DNA of 64,000 bases from Trueperaceae bacterium (GTDB taxonomy: Bacteria; Deinococcota; Deinococci; Deinococcales; Trueperaceae): NCBI GenBank assembly GCA_965213925.1, contig OZ243927.1, positions 4,096,001-4,160,000 of the forward strand, in the 5' to 3' direction. Made by a program: the position numbers and the translations under genes. Of this stretch, positions 54,286 to 63,474 are shown one piece after another. Under the pieces are notes generated by a model that worked only from the letters and a program-made list of their open reading frames with translations, made no database searches and was not told where the DNA came from. The stretch's first letter is position 1; each line of letters begins with the position of its first letter.

Positions 54286-55413
54286 ATGAATATGAACGAA
54301 AAGATGAAGGCGGCACTTAAAGAGGCTACTAAACTCACCCGTACAGGCGACGTGCAAGCCGCGACGGAGAAACTTCAGCGAACGCTGCAAGGCTCTTACG
54401 GGAAACCGGGCGGCGCGGACAAGGTGCGCGTCGTGGTGGAGAAGTTGGCGCACGCGCTACCTAAAGCGGCGCGTCAGAAGGTCTCGCAGGGCGCTCAGTC
54501 TTTCGGCGACTTCATGCCCGACCTGGGAGGGTTTCAGCCACAGACTAGGAACGTCTCGCCCGCCGCTCTAGGTCAGGGTCAATTTCTCACCGACACCTAT
54601 TCGAATAGCGCGGGCACGCGCCCCTATAAGCTTTACATCCCTAAGGGTGCGAAAGAGGGTCAACCCTTACCTCTCGTCGTCATGCTCCACGGCTGCACCC
54701 AAGACCCTGACGACTTCGCCGCAGGCACGCAGATGAACCTTCGCGCCGACGAGGAGCCGTGCTTGGTGCTCTACCCGGCGCAGACGAAGGGCGCGAACGC
54801 GAACGGGTGCTGGAACTGGTTCCAGGAGAGTGACCAACGCTGCGACGCGGGCGAGCCTTCGATCATCGCAGGCATGACGCGCGAGGTGATGCGCCGCTAT
54901 CCAGTCAACGCTAAGCGCGTTTACGTGGCGGGGCTCTCAGCGGGCGGCGCGATGGCGGCGATTTTGGGCGCGACCTATCCTGAGCTGTTCGCTGCTGTTT
55001 GTGTTCACTCTGGTCTGCCGCACGGCGCGGCTAAAGACCTCCCCTCGGCGCTCATGGCGATGCAGCGGGGGTGCGGCGCAGGCGTCGCGGCACCGAATTC
55101 GGTACCGACCATCGTCTTCCACGGCGACCGCGACAGCACGGTGAGCCCGCGCAACGGTGAAGAGGTCGTTTCGAGACTCTCCGCCAACAAACGCTATAAA
55201 AAAGAGGTCGAGAAGGGACAAGCCCAAGGTGGACGCCCCTATACCCGCACGCGCTATGTAGATAGCAGGGGAAAGACGAGGCTCGAGGACTGGCGCGTCC
55301 ACGGCGCGGGGCACGCTTGGGCGGGCGGCAGCTCGGCGGGAAGTTTTACCGACCCTAAAGGACCGGACGCGACGCAGGCGATGCTCGAGTTTTTTTACGG
55401 CTCGAGCCGCTGA
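54286..55413 (+). CDS. PHB-depolymerase-family esterase (LpqC-like)
   Basis: MLHGCTQ, CWNWF, GLSAG nucleophile elbow, HGDRD and GHAW motifs. Confidence 0.9.
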   Translation: MNMNEKMKAALKEATKLTRTGDVQAATEKLQRTLQGSYGKPGGADKVRVVVEKLAHALPKAARQKVSQGAQSFGDFMPDLGGFQPQTRNVSPAALGQGQFLTDTYSNSAGTRPYKLYIPKGAKEGQPLPLVVMLHGCTQDPDDFAAGTQMNLRADEEPCLVLYPAQTKGANANGCWNWFQESDQRCDAGEPSIIAGMTREVMRRYPVNAKRVYVAGLSAGGAMAAILGATYPELFAAVCVHSGLPHGAAKDLPSALMAMQRGCGAGVAAPNSVPTIVFHGDRDSTVSPRNGEEVVSRLSANKRYKKEVEKGQAQGGRPYTRTRYVDSRGKTRLEDWRVHGAGHAWAGGSSAGSFTDPKGPDATQAMLEFFYGSSR

Positions 55414-55482
55414 ATAGTTGGGAGTACGAGTCAGAATACGGGGTGGAATACCGAGCGACGCGCCGGGCTAAAGGCTTTCAAG

Positions 55483-57339
55483 CTACGCTGGGGCCACCTC
55501 GTCCTCTTCCCGGAACTGCTTCTCGTAGAGGTCGCGGTAGAGCCCGCCTTGCGCCATCAGCGCCCCGTGCGTCCCACTCTGAATAATTTGACCTCTTTCT
55601 AACACGAGGATGCGGTCCGCATTTCGAATCGTGGATAAGCGGTGCGCGATGACGAACACCGTGCGCCCCTGCATGAGCGTGTCTAGCGCCGCCTGAACGA
55701 GCGCTTCGGATTCGGAGTCTAAAGAACTCGTCGCTTCATCTAAGATGAGGATTTTCGGGTTTTTAAGGAGAGCCCTCGCGATGGCGACGCGCTGGCGCTG
55801 TCCGCCCGAGAGCTTGACGCCGCGCTCACCGACGATGGTTTCGTAACCGTTCGGAAACTCCTCGATGAAGTCGTGCGCGTTGGCTGCCTTCGCCGCGTCC
55901 TTAACCTCGTCGTCCGACGCCTCCGGCTTGCCGTAGCGAATATTCTCCGCTACCGTTCCCGAAAAGAGCTGCGTCTCTTGCGGCACGATGCCGATATGTG
56001 CCCTCAGCGCGTGCGTGTCCAGGTGGCGCAAGTCCACGCCGTCTAAAGTCACGCGCCCTTGGCTGGGGTCGTAAAACCTCGGGATGAGCGTAATCAGCGT
56101 GCTCTTACCCGCGCCGCTCGGTCCGACCAAGGCGACGACTTCGCCGGGGTTGGCGCTGAGCGAGAGGTTTTTCAAGACGAGCGCGTCGCCTCTGTCGTTG
56201 ACGGACGTGTCCCCATTGTCCCCGTAGCGAAAGGAAACGTCTTCGAAGGCGAGCTGACCTCGCACGGTGTCTAAGGCTCGAGGGTTGTCCGAGTTGGGCA
56301 AATCGCTCTCTTCGTCCAAGAGGTCGAAAATCCGCTTTGACGCGCCTAAAGCCTCTTGAAACTGGCTGTAGAGCGCCGGAAAGGTCGCGATCGAGCCCGC
56401 GACGAAGAGCGTCAGGAGCAAAAAGGCGATGAGGTCGCCCGCCGCGAGTTGGTCGTTCAAAACTAGGCGTCCGCCGTACCAGAACACGACGGCGATGGCG
56501 CTAAAGGTCGCGAAGATGATGCTCGGGATGAACGCCGCCCGCACCCGTGCGCGGCGCAGCGCGACGTTATAAGAATCGCGGATAAGGCTGCCGTAACGCT
56601 CGCGCTCCAAGCCTTCCGCTGTGAACGACTTGACCACGCGGATGCCCGTGATGGCCTCCTCCGCCGAGGCGTTCGCGTTCGCTACGCGGTCTTGAAACTC
56701 GGTGCTGATGCGCCGCAGCTTGCGCCCGAAGTAAGCGCCCGCGAGGACGACGGCGGGCACGATGGAGAGCATCACAAGCGTGAGCTTCACGTCTAAGTAG
56801 AAGAGAATTGCAACGCCGCCGACGAGCGTGATGAGCTGGTTGACGAACTGCGCGAGCGCCTGCGAGACGACGCTCTGCACGGTGGCGATGTCCGAGGTGA
56901 GGCGCGAGGTGATCTCGCCCGTTTTGCGCTCCTCGAAAAACCTCACCGAGAGCCCGATGAGGTGGTTGTACAAGGTGCGGCGCAAGTCCGCGACGACGCC
57001 CTCGCCGACGAGCGCGAGAAAGTAAACGCGCAGATAGTTAAAGGCGGCTTGCACGACGAAGATACCGACCAGGATGAAGGTGATGGTGTTGAGACCTAGC
57101 CCAGCGGTCGGACCGTCCGAGTCCGAGAACGCCGTGTCGAACAGCTCGCGCGCCATGAGCGGAAAGGCGAAGCCCAAGACGCTCGCCACGATAACGGCGA
57201 GGATGCCGGTGATGAGGGGCGTGCGGTAGGGCTTCGTGTAGGTGAAAAGCCGCCGAAGTTGCGACAGGTCAGCGGAGCGCTCAGAGGATACGTCCTCTTG
57301 CCCCCTTTGTCGTGTGGACGGTTGAGTTGCCTGAGCCAT
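55483..57339 (-). CDS. ABC exporter, fused TMD-NBD (MsbA-like)
   Basis: GPSGAGKS, LSGGQRQR, ILDEATS and IAHRL motifs. Confidence 0.92.
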   Translation of the reverse strand: MAQATQPSTRQRGQEDVSSERSADLSQLRRLFTYTKPYRTPLITGILAVIVASVLGFAFPLMARELFDTAFSDSDGPTAGLGLNTITFILVGIFVVQAAFNYLRVYFLALVGEGVVADLRRTLYNHLIGLSVRFFEERKTGEITSRLTSDIATVQSVVSQALAQFVNQLITLVGGVAILFYLDVKLTLVMLSIVPAVVLAGAYFGRKLRRISTEFQDRVANANASAEEAITGIRVVKSFTAEGLERERYGSLIRDSYNVALRRARVRAAFIPSIIFATFSAIAVVFWYGGRLVLNDQLAAGDLIAFLLLTLFVAGSIATFPALYSQFQEALGASKRIFDLLDEESDLPNSDNPRALDTVRGQLAFEDVSFRYGDNGDTSVNDRGDALVLKNLSLSANPGEVVALVGPSGAGKSTLITLIPRFYDPSQGRVTLDGVDLRHLDTHALRAHIGIVPQETQLFSGTVAENIRYGKPEASDDEVKDAAKAANAHDFIEEFPNGYETIVGERGVKLSGGQRQRVAIARALLKNPKILILDEATSSLDSESEALVQAALDTLMQGRTVFVIAHRLSTIRNADRILVLERGQIIQSGTHGALMAQGGLYRDLYEKQFREEDEVAPA

Positions 57340-57434
57340 AGCCTACAGTCTACGCCCTAGCTCGAGATTCAGGGGTAGTGAACAGCGTTTTGACAGAGGA
57401 TGGACAGGGCGCGAGCAGGCAAGAGGTTGCAGCG

Positions 57435-57653
57435 CTACACCTCCGGCTCTTCCCCGTGCGGCAGCGGCGTGGACTGGTCCGCTGTGCCCCACTGGTCCCT
57501 CGTTTTAACGTCTTGCTTGTAGCTATTCCAAGCTTTCTGTTTGTAGTCTTCTAGCTCCGCTTCACTCGCGTTGTCGGGCGCTTGAATGCCGGTGCGCGCC
57601 TGCATCTCTTCGGGTGAGAGCGCTAGAAATTCCTCATGAGTGAGCTGTTCCAC
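57435..57653 (-). CDS. hypothetical acidic protein
   Basis: 72 aa with host-like codon usage; overlaps the upstream ORF; RBS GAGGAG. Confidence 0.6.
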   Translation of the reverse strand: MEQLTHEEFLALSPEEMQARTGIQAPDNASEAELEDYKQKAWNSYKQDVKTRDQWGTADQSTPLPHGEEPEV

Positions 57654-57975
57654 GGTCTTGACTCTCCTCTCCCGTGTAAGCGCATAGCTGGTCTAAAATG
57701 ACCTCGACCTCTTCGGCGTCAAAGATGAATTTAGGGCGCATGAGCGAGCCAGAATCGACGCCTTCTGTGACCTCTTCAGCCGAGAGGATTTTGTAGCTGT
57801 TGTCGTCCTCGCTATCAAAATGTACGGGCGTGACGAGCAGGCGGTCCGCGAACTCGGAGCCAGGCGGCTCATTGTAGACGATCGCGCCGTAGTCGTTCGC
57901 GCAGCGGTAGATGCGTTCGATACCGGACAAGTTGCCGGACATGATGTGGTTTTCCTTGACGAGTTGATGGGTCAT
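57634..57975 (-). CDS. hypothetical acidic protein
   Basis: 113 aa; TAAACT -10 box 6 nt upstream of the ATG. Confidence 0.7.
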   Translation of the reverse strand: MTHQLVKENHIMSGNLSGIERIYRCANDYGAIVYNEPPGSEFADRLLVTPVHFDSEDDNSYKILSAEEVTEGVDSGSLMRPKFIFDAEEVEVILDQLCAYTGEESQDRGTAHS

Positions 57976-58024
57976 AGGCTCAGTTTAGGCGCGGAATGAG
58001 GCTCGAGACTGCGCTCTAAAGACA

Positions 58025-58104
58025 GTTGAAAGTAGCGAGCAATGAGCTGAAAGTAAAGAACAAAGGTTTTCACCTCATTGCTCATTGCTCGGAACTCATT
58101 GCTC
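58025..58104. repeat. inverted heptamer element (GCAATGA/TCATTGC)
   Basis: GAGCAATGAG...CTCATTGCTCATTGCTC...CTCATTGCTC. Confidence 0.65.
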
Positions 58105-58112
58105 CGTGAGCT

Positions 58113-58925
58113 TTACCCTTTTGCGAAAAGCGCCGCCACCACGAACACCGCTGCTTGCGTCAAGATGATGGTGCTGCCGCTGGGTACATCCAGAAAGAAC
58201 GACAAGATGAGCCCAAACGCTGTACTCACTAAACCGATGAGGATACTCAGCAGCGTCATAGAGAAGAGTGAGCGCGAGAGGAGGCGGGCACTCGCAGCGG
58301 GAATAACAAGGTACGAGGCGATGAGAATCACACCGACGACTTTCACGCTCACGACGATAATGACGGCGGCGAGGGCGAATAAGAGGTACTCGAGCCCCCT
58401 CACCTTCACCCCGTCCGTCTGTGCCAACTCCGCGTCCAGGGTGGCGTAGGCAAGCTGTCCCCAAAGCGGCACGAAGAGCGACACGCTGAGGAGCGCTACC
58501 CCTGTGACCACCCAGAGGTCACCCTGAGTAATTCCTAGAATCGAGCCGAATAGGAGTTGCCAGGCGTCTACGGTGTAACCCTCTTGCAGACTGATAAAAA
58601 GGACACCCAAAGCCACCGACACAGCGAAGAAAATGCCGATAGCGGTATCCGACGAGAGTTGCGTGCGCTCGCGCACCCACGCGATGCCGAGTGACGCGCC
58701 TAGCGTGAAGGGTAGCGCCACCCAAAGCGGTTGGCTCACGCCGATGAGGAGCCCTAAGGCGACGCCGCCGAAGGAAGCGTGCGCGAGCCCGTCCCCTAAA
58801 AAGGACAAGCCGCGCTGCACGACGAAGACGCCTAAAAGGGCTGCGGAAACCGCGACCAAAAGCCCTGCTAGGAGTGCCCGCTGCATAAAGGGATACTGAA
58901 AGACCTCTATAAGCCCGTCCATCAA
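58113..58925 (-). CDS. znuB: metal ABC transporter permease
   Basis: GDGLAHAS.GG, LFGSIL and VVG..LI...LVIP motifs. Confidence 0.85.
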   Translation of the reverse strand: MMDGLIEVFQYPFMQRALLAGLLVAVSAALLGVFVVQRGLSFLGDGLAHASFGGVALGLLIGVSQPLWVALPFTLGASLGIAWVRERTQLSSDTAIGIFFAVSVALGVLFISLQEGYTVDAWQLLFGSILGITQGDLWVVTGVALLSVSLFVPLWGQLAYATLDAELAQTDGVKVRGLEYLLFALAAVIIVVSVKVVGVILIASYLVIPAASARLLSRSLFSMTLLSILIGLVSTAFGLILSFFLDVPSGSTIILTQAAVFVVAALFAKG

Positions 58926-58955
58926 ACCACCGTCACGACTGAATCACGGCGCGGT

Positions 58956-59708
58956 TCATAAAGTAATAACCTCGTGCGCGTGCCCCAGATGACCATAAGC
59001 ATCCTTGAGACAGCGTTCGCAGAGCACCTCTTGGGGAGAGCCGAAACCGTGCAAACGGCGGTTCAAGACGACGACTTTCGAGGCGTGGTAGCGGGCGGCG
59101 GAGAGGTCGTGGGTGATCATAGCGATGGTTGCGCCCGTTTCGGTCTGATAGCGCTCCAAGAGGTCGTAGAGGTCGTGCTCGGCTAAAAAGTCCACGCCCG
59201 TCGCGGGCTCGTCCAGGAGGACGATGTCGGGTTTCCTTACTAACGCGCGCGCCAAAAATGCCCGCTGCAACTCGCCGCCGGAGAGCTTGGCTAAGGGACG
59301 CGAGAGGAGCGCCTCCGCGCCGACTTGGGCGAGGGCGGCTCGCGCTTTCTCCCGCTCCTCTCGCTTGATTCGCGCAGGCCAGCGCCGCCGCAGTCCTGAC
59401 ACGACGAGTTCCAAGGCCGTCGCCGGAAAGGAGCGGTCAAAGGTCTTGAGCTGCGGCACGTAGCCGATGCGCTCGGGGTGACGGCCCGCATCCGCGCCGA
59501 AGAGCGCCGCGTGACCTTTAGCTGGTTTAATAAGCCCGAGCGCAACCTTGATGAGCGTGGACTTACCCGCCCCGTTCGGTCCGACGACGGCGAGAAATTC
59601 GCCTTTGGAGAGGTCGAACGAGACATCTTGCAACGCTTCAACCTCACCGAAGCGCACACTGACGTGGTGGATGTGGAGGGCGGGAGGGTCGCTCATCGGT
59701 CTAACCAT
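58956..59708 (-). CDS. znuC: metal ABC transporter ATPase
   Basis: GPNGAGKS, IGYVPQ, LSGGELQR and LDEP; Cys/His-rich tail. Confidence 0.85.
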   Translation of the reverse strand: MVRPMSDPPALHIHHVSVRFGEVEALQDVSFDLSKGEFLAVVGPNGAGKSTLIKVALGLIKPAKGHAALFGADAGRHPERIGYVPQLKTFDRSFPATALELVVSGLRRRWPARIKREEREKARAALAQVGAEALLSRPLAKLSGGELQRAFLARALVRKPDIVLLDEPATGVDFLAEHDLYDLLERYQTETGATIAMITHDLSAARYHASKVVVLNRRLHGFGSPQEVLCERCLKDAYGHLGHAHEVITL

Positions 59709-59720
59709 ACCAAACGCCCT

Positions 59721-60683
59721 CTAGTCACCACCTAAAGCCTCTTGCACGACGCCCACGTTATAGCGCATCAGTTCGGCGTACGTTTCAGTCTCCGCTGCGC
59801 CGCCTAGCGGGTCGAGCAAGTAAAGAGGTAAGCCAGCACTCTCCGCCACCACCTCGGCCGGGCGGGCGGGCAGTTGTAACTCGCTAAAAATCGCTTTCGC
59901 GCCGCTGTCCTGGATCAGCTCTAACGCTTCAGCGATGTAGGCCGGGCTCGGCTCGCGCCCCGGCGCAGGCTCGATCTCGACTACGAGGTCCAACCCGTAG
60001 TGACGGGCAAAGTAGGGCCAGGCGTCGTGAAAGGGGACGAAGGCGGCTCCTTGAACGGGCGCTAGCCTCTCGCTAAGCTCCGCGTCCAGATCATTCAAAC
60101 TTGCCGTGACGCGTTCGCCGTTAGCTGCGTAGCGCTCGGCGTTCTCGGGGTCGATCTCGGCGAGGCGCTCAACGAACATAGGCACAACTTCCGCCATCAG
60201 CGTCGGATCGAGCCAGACGTGCGGGTTGGCGCCGCTGTGATCATGGGCGTGCTCTTCTTCCGCGTCTCCTTCTGCGCCCTCTTCCCCACCTTCTTCGGCG
60301 TGCTCTTCGCCGCTATGCTCGCTCTCACCTTCGGCGTGCTCCTCCCCCGCCACCGGCTCGAAGTCGAGTTCGGCGATGACCTCGAAGACAGGGGCGTCCG
60401 TACCGCTCGCCTCGACGATGTCGAGGAGCCATTCGTCCAATACGCCATTTAAGACAACCAGGTCGGCGTCCGAAATCTGCGCCACGTCGCGCGGCGTCGG
60501 GTCGAAGGTGTGGGGCGACGCGCCGGGCGGGAGGAGGCGCACGACGTTGGCGCTATCACCTGCGACCTCTTGCACGAGCGCGTAGTAGGGGTGAATAGAC
60601 GTGACGACGGTCGGTTTCTCCGAAGCTTGTGCCGAGGTGCTGACGAGCAGTCCGAGCAGCAAGCTGAGTAAGAAAGTTTTCAA
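59721..60683 (-). CDS. znuA: metal ABC substrate-binding protein with His/Glu-rich loop
   Basis: Signal peptide, SPHTF, NPHVWLDP, FHDAW.YF and an EH-rich loop. Confidence 0.85.
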   Translation of the reverse strand: MKTFLLSLLLGLLVSTSAQASEKPTVVTSIHPYYALVQEVAGDSANVVRLLPPGASPHTFDPTPRDVAQISDADLVVLNGVLDEWLLDIVEASGTDAPVFEVIAELDFEPVAGEEHAEGESEHSGEEHAEEGGEEGAEGDAEEEHAHDHSGANPHVWLDPTLMAEVVPMFVERLAEIDPENAERYAANGERVTASLNDLDAELSERLAPVQGAAFVPFHDAWPYFARHYGLDLVVEIEPAPGREPSPAYIAEALELIQDSGAKAIFSELQLPARPAEVVAESAGLPLYLLDPLGGAAETETYAELMRYNVGVVQEALGGD

Positions 60684-60792
60684 AGCGTTACCTCTTAACG
60701 AGAAAGAATTATCAACAAGCTACTTTAAGAGTTCGGATAGCCCTTTGTCAAGGCTCGCTGAGACTCGAGAAGATTTGACTTTGGCTTGAGGA

Positions 60793-60809
60793 ATAAGAAC
60801 CGTTCTCAA
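60793..60809. promoter_or_regulatory. candidate Zur/Fur-family operator
   Basis: ATAAGAAC-C-GTTCTCAA near-palindrome in the divergent znuA/zur intergenic region. Confidence 0.5.
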
Positions 60810-60849
60810 GAAGGGGTCTTAACAAGAGGTAATTTGCTAAACTGTACGG

Positions 60850-61245
60850 ATGAAACGCCAAACCTCACAGCGCCGCGCCATTTTGCAGGCGCTAGAAAAC
60901 GCGCCCGGACCGCTCACCCCGCAAGAGGTCTTGGAGAGCGCCAGCCAAGACAAAGAGGGGTTGGGGCTCGCTACCGTCTACCGCAACCTGAGCAGCTTAG
61001 CAGAAGAGGGGGACATAGTCGCGGTGCACCTGCCGGGTGAAAGCGCCCGCTTCGAACTCGCGGGCAGAGGTCATCATCACCACTTCCGCTGCGACTCCTG
61101 CGAAGGCGTCTTCGAACTCGACGCAACCTGTCCGGTGGCGGTCTTGGAGGGCGTCACACTGCCCGGCGGTTTTCAGGTCAAAGACCATGAGCTGACGCTT
61201 TACGGACTCTGTCCGGGGTGTCAGGGGGAAGCTGTTAGCGTTTAA
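60850..61245 (+). CDS. zur: Fur-family regulator, probably Zur
   Basis: TSQR..IL, LATVYRNL, HHHHF.CDSC and GLCPGC; divergent from the znu genes. Confidence 0.8.
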   Translation: MKRQTSQRRAILQALENAPGPLTPQEVLESASQDKEGLGLATVYRNLSSLAEEGDIVAVHLPGESARFELAGRGHHHHFRCDSCEGVFELDATCPVAVLEGVTLPGGFQVKDHELTLYGLCPGCQGEAVSV

Positions 61246-61394
61246 GTGCTTCGGCTTCAATAATTTTAGGTCATCTCGAGAAAGTTTTTGCGCTCAGAAC
61301 GGACTTCGTTGACATTCTCTAGTTCAGGTTATTTCGACGCACCTGCTTGGCACTTACGATTAGCCAAAGCTAACAGTCCTCGAGGAGAAACCCG

Positions 61395-62516
61395 TTGCAC
61401 TACCAATCCTTAACGCGCTGTCTTCCCTTGCTATGCCTACTCACCCTGCTCGGTTCAACGTTGGCTCAACCAGGTACGCAGCAAACGACCTCTGAAGTGG
61501 GGTACCTCGAGGGGCGCATCCTCTCCGTAGACCCGGAGACGCGCTTTGCCCAGGTGCGCCTCTCTAGCGGTGAGGTCGTTCTGGCGGATATGGGACAGCC
61601 CCTCCCCGAAGAAATCAGCCTGCCCTCTGACTTGCCCGAGTTCGAGCCGGGCGAGCGCGTCGAAATCTACTACGCGCCAGGACCGGAGGGGACGCGCCAA
61701 TACGTCGTGTCGGATTGGATACGACGTCCTGCGCTGTTCTGGCTCGTCCTCCTCTTTCTGGGCGTCTCAGTCGCGGTCGCGCGGGGCAAGGGGCTCAGGG
61801 CGTTTCTCGCGACGGCCTCGAGCTTAGCCATCGTCATCGGCTTCGTCGTGCCGAGCATCTTGGGCGGCTGGAACCCCATTCTCGTGTCGCTTTTGGGCGT
61901 CGGCGGCATCCTCATCTTAGCGATTTACTTCGTGCACGGGCTCTCGTGGAGCACCACGGCGGCGCTCATCGGCACCTTCGCGGCGGTACTCGCGACGATG
62001 GGCTTAGGACTCTTTTTCACCGAGGCGGCGCACCTCACGGGCTTCGGCAGCGACGAGGCGGCGTTTATCTCGTACGGCGCGAGTCAAGTCAACCTCAAGG
62101 GGCTGCTCTTAGCGGGGCTCCTCATCGGCGCACTCGGGGCGCTGACCGATATCACCATCGTGCAGGCGAGTGTGATTCGCGAGCTGGCGCACGTCAACCC
62201 GAACTTCGGACTGGCGGAACTCTACCGGCGCGGCATGAACGTCGGGCTCGACCACATCGGCTCGCTCGTGAACACGCTTGTATTGGCGTATACGGGCGCA
62301 GCCTTGCCGCTTTTGGTCCTTCTGACGCTCAGCGACTTCACGCTCATGCGGGCGCTGAACTTAGAACTCGTCGCCTCCGAGGTGGTGCATACGCTCGTCG
62401 GCTCGGTGGGTCTGATTCTGGCAGTGCCCTTTACGACGCTCATTGCCGCCTTGATGTTTCGTGGGGACCGTTTAGTGCTCAAAGAGGGGGAGTTGGAGCA
62501 CGCGCACCATCACTAA
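61395..62516 (+). CDS. YibE/F family membrane protein
   Basis: IGALGALTD, G.DHIGSLVNTLVLAYTG and GSVGLILAVP motifs; tail EHAHHH. Confidence 0.85.
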   Translation: MHYQSLTRCLPLLCLLTLLGSTLAQPGTQQTTSEVGYLEGRILSVDPETRFAQVRLSSGEVVLADMGQPLPEEISLPSDLPEFEPGERVEIYYAPGPEGTRQYVVSDWIRRPALFWLVLLFLGVSVAVARGKGLRAFLATASSLAIVIGFVVPSILGGWNPILVSLLGVGGILILAIYFVHGLSWSTTAALIGTFAAVLATMGLGLFFTEAAHLTGFGSDEAAFISYGASQVNLKGLLLAGLLIGALGALTDITIVQASVIRELAHVNPNFGLAELYRRGMNVGLDHIGSLVNTLVLAYTGAALPLLVLLTLSDFTLMRALNLELVASEVVHTLVGSVGLILAVPFTTLIAALMFRGDRLVLKEGELEHAHHH

Positions 62517-62661
62517 GAGCGTGCTCGTAAACTCTCATGTGCTTCGTGCTGACACGCAGTTGACAATGACTTCTTATTCTCATCAAGAAGCTCGAGAATT
62601 TTGCTAGATTAGCTTCTATAGGTAAAACACGGTATGTCGAACCACAAAGGAGAGGTCAGTA

Positions 62662-63297
62662 ATGAAAAAGGTTCTCATTATCACAGGTATCGTGCTCTTT
62701 CCGCTTACCTCTTTCGGGGCGGCTCAGACGGGCGGCTTCGTACAGGAGGAACCCCACGAGCACGGCGCGGCGGCGCTCTCCGTGGTGTTAGACGGCGAGA
62801 CGCTCAACATGGAATTCGTGAGCCCAGCGGTGAACCTCGTCGGCTTCGAGTACGAGCCCGCCACTCCCGAAGAGGAAGCGGCAGTCGAGGACGCGCTAGC
62901 GCAGTTAGAGGACGGTGGGACACTCTTTAGCCCCGCTGAGGCTGCGGGCTGTGAACTGTCGAGCCAAGAGGTCGAGCGGGAGGTCACGAGCGAGGGCGAG
63001 GAGCACGGCGAAGAGGACCACGGTGACGAGGAGCATAGTAGTGAAGAGACCGGGGGCGCGGAGGAAGACCACAGCGAAGAAGAAGGTAGCGAAGGCGAAG
63101 AAGGCGCAGTCCACAGCGAATTCCACGCCACCTACACCTTTACCTGCGCCCAGCCAAACAGCTTGGACAGCGTCAGCTTGCGTGAGCTTTTCGCGCTCTA
63201 TCCGGGCATCGAGGATTTAGACGTGCAGTATGTCCTCCCGAGTGGGCAGGGCGCAGCAGAGCTAAGCCCGACGACGGACACGCAGCTTACGTTCTAA
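62662..63297 (+). CDS. DUF2796/ZrgA-like secreted metal-binding protein
   Basis: Signal peptide, HEHG, SPA.NLVGFE, C...HSEF.A.Y.F.C and a His/Glu loop. Confidence 0.85.
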   Translation: MKKVLIITGIVLFPLTSFGAAQTGGFVQEEPHEHGAAALSVVLDGETLNMEFVSPAVNLVGFEYEPATPEEEAAVEDALAQLEDGGTLFSPAEAAGCELSSQEVEREVTSEGEEHGEEDHGDEEHSSEETGGAEEDHSEEEGSEGEEGAVHSEFHATYTFTCAQPNSLDSVSLRELFALYPGIEDLDVQYVLPSGQGAAELSPTTDTQLTF

Positions 63298-63350
63298 AAC
63301 CGAGCGTTGGCAAAGCCAATTCACAGATGTGAAAGACGGTAAGGAAAAGG

Positions 63351-63420
63351 TAGCAATGAGTTGAAAGCAGTGAGCAATGAGTTTTGCTTTTTCACTTTCA
63401 ACTCGTTGCTCATTGCTTGC
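63351..63420. repeat. inverted heptamer element (GCAATGA/TCATTGC)
   Basis: TAGCAATGAGTTGAAAG...GAGCAATGAG...CTTTCAACTCGTTGCTCATTGC. Confidence 0.65.
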
Positions 63421-63474
63421 TTCTGAGAGATTTTTCTCTGTCTCGAGCGGACTGGATGAGGATACACTAGCGTT

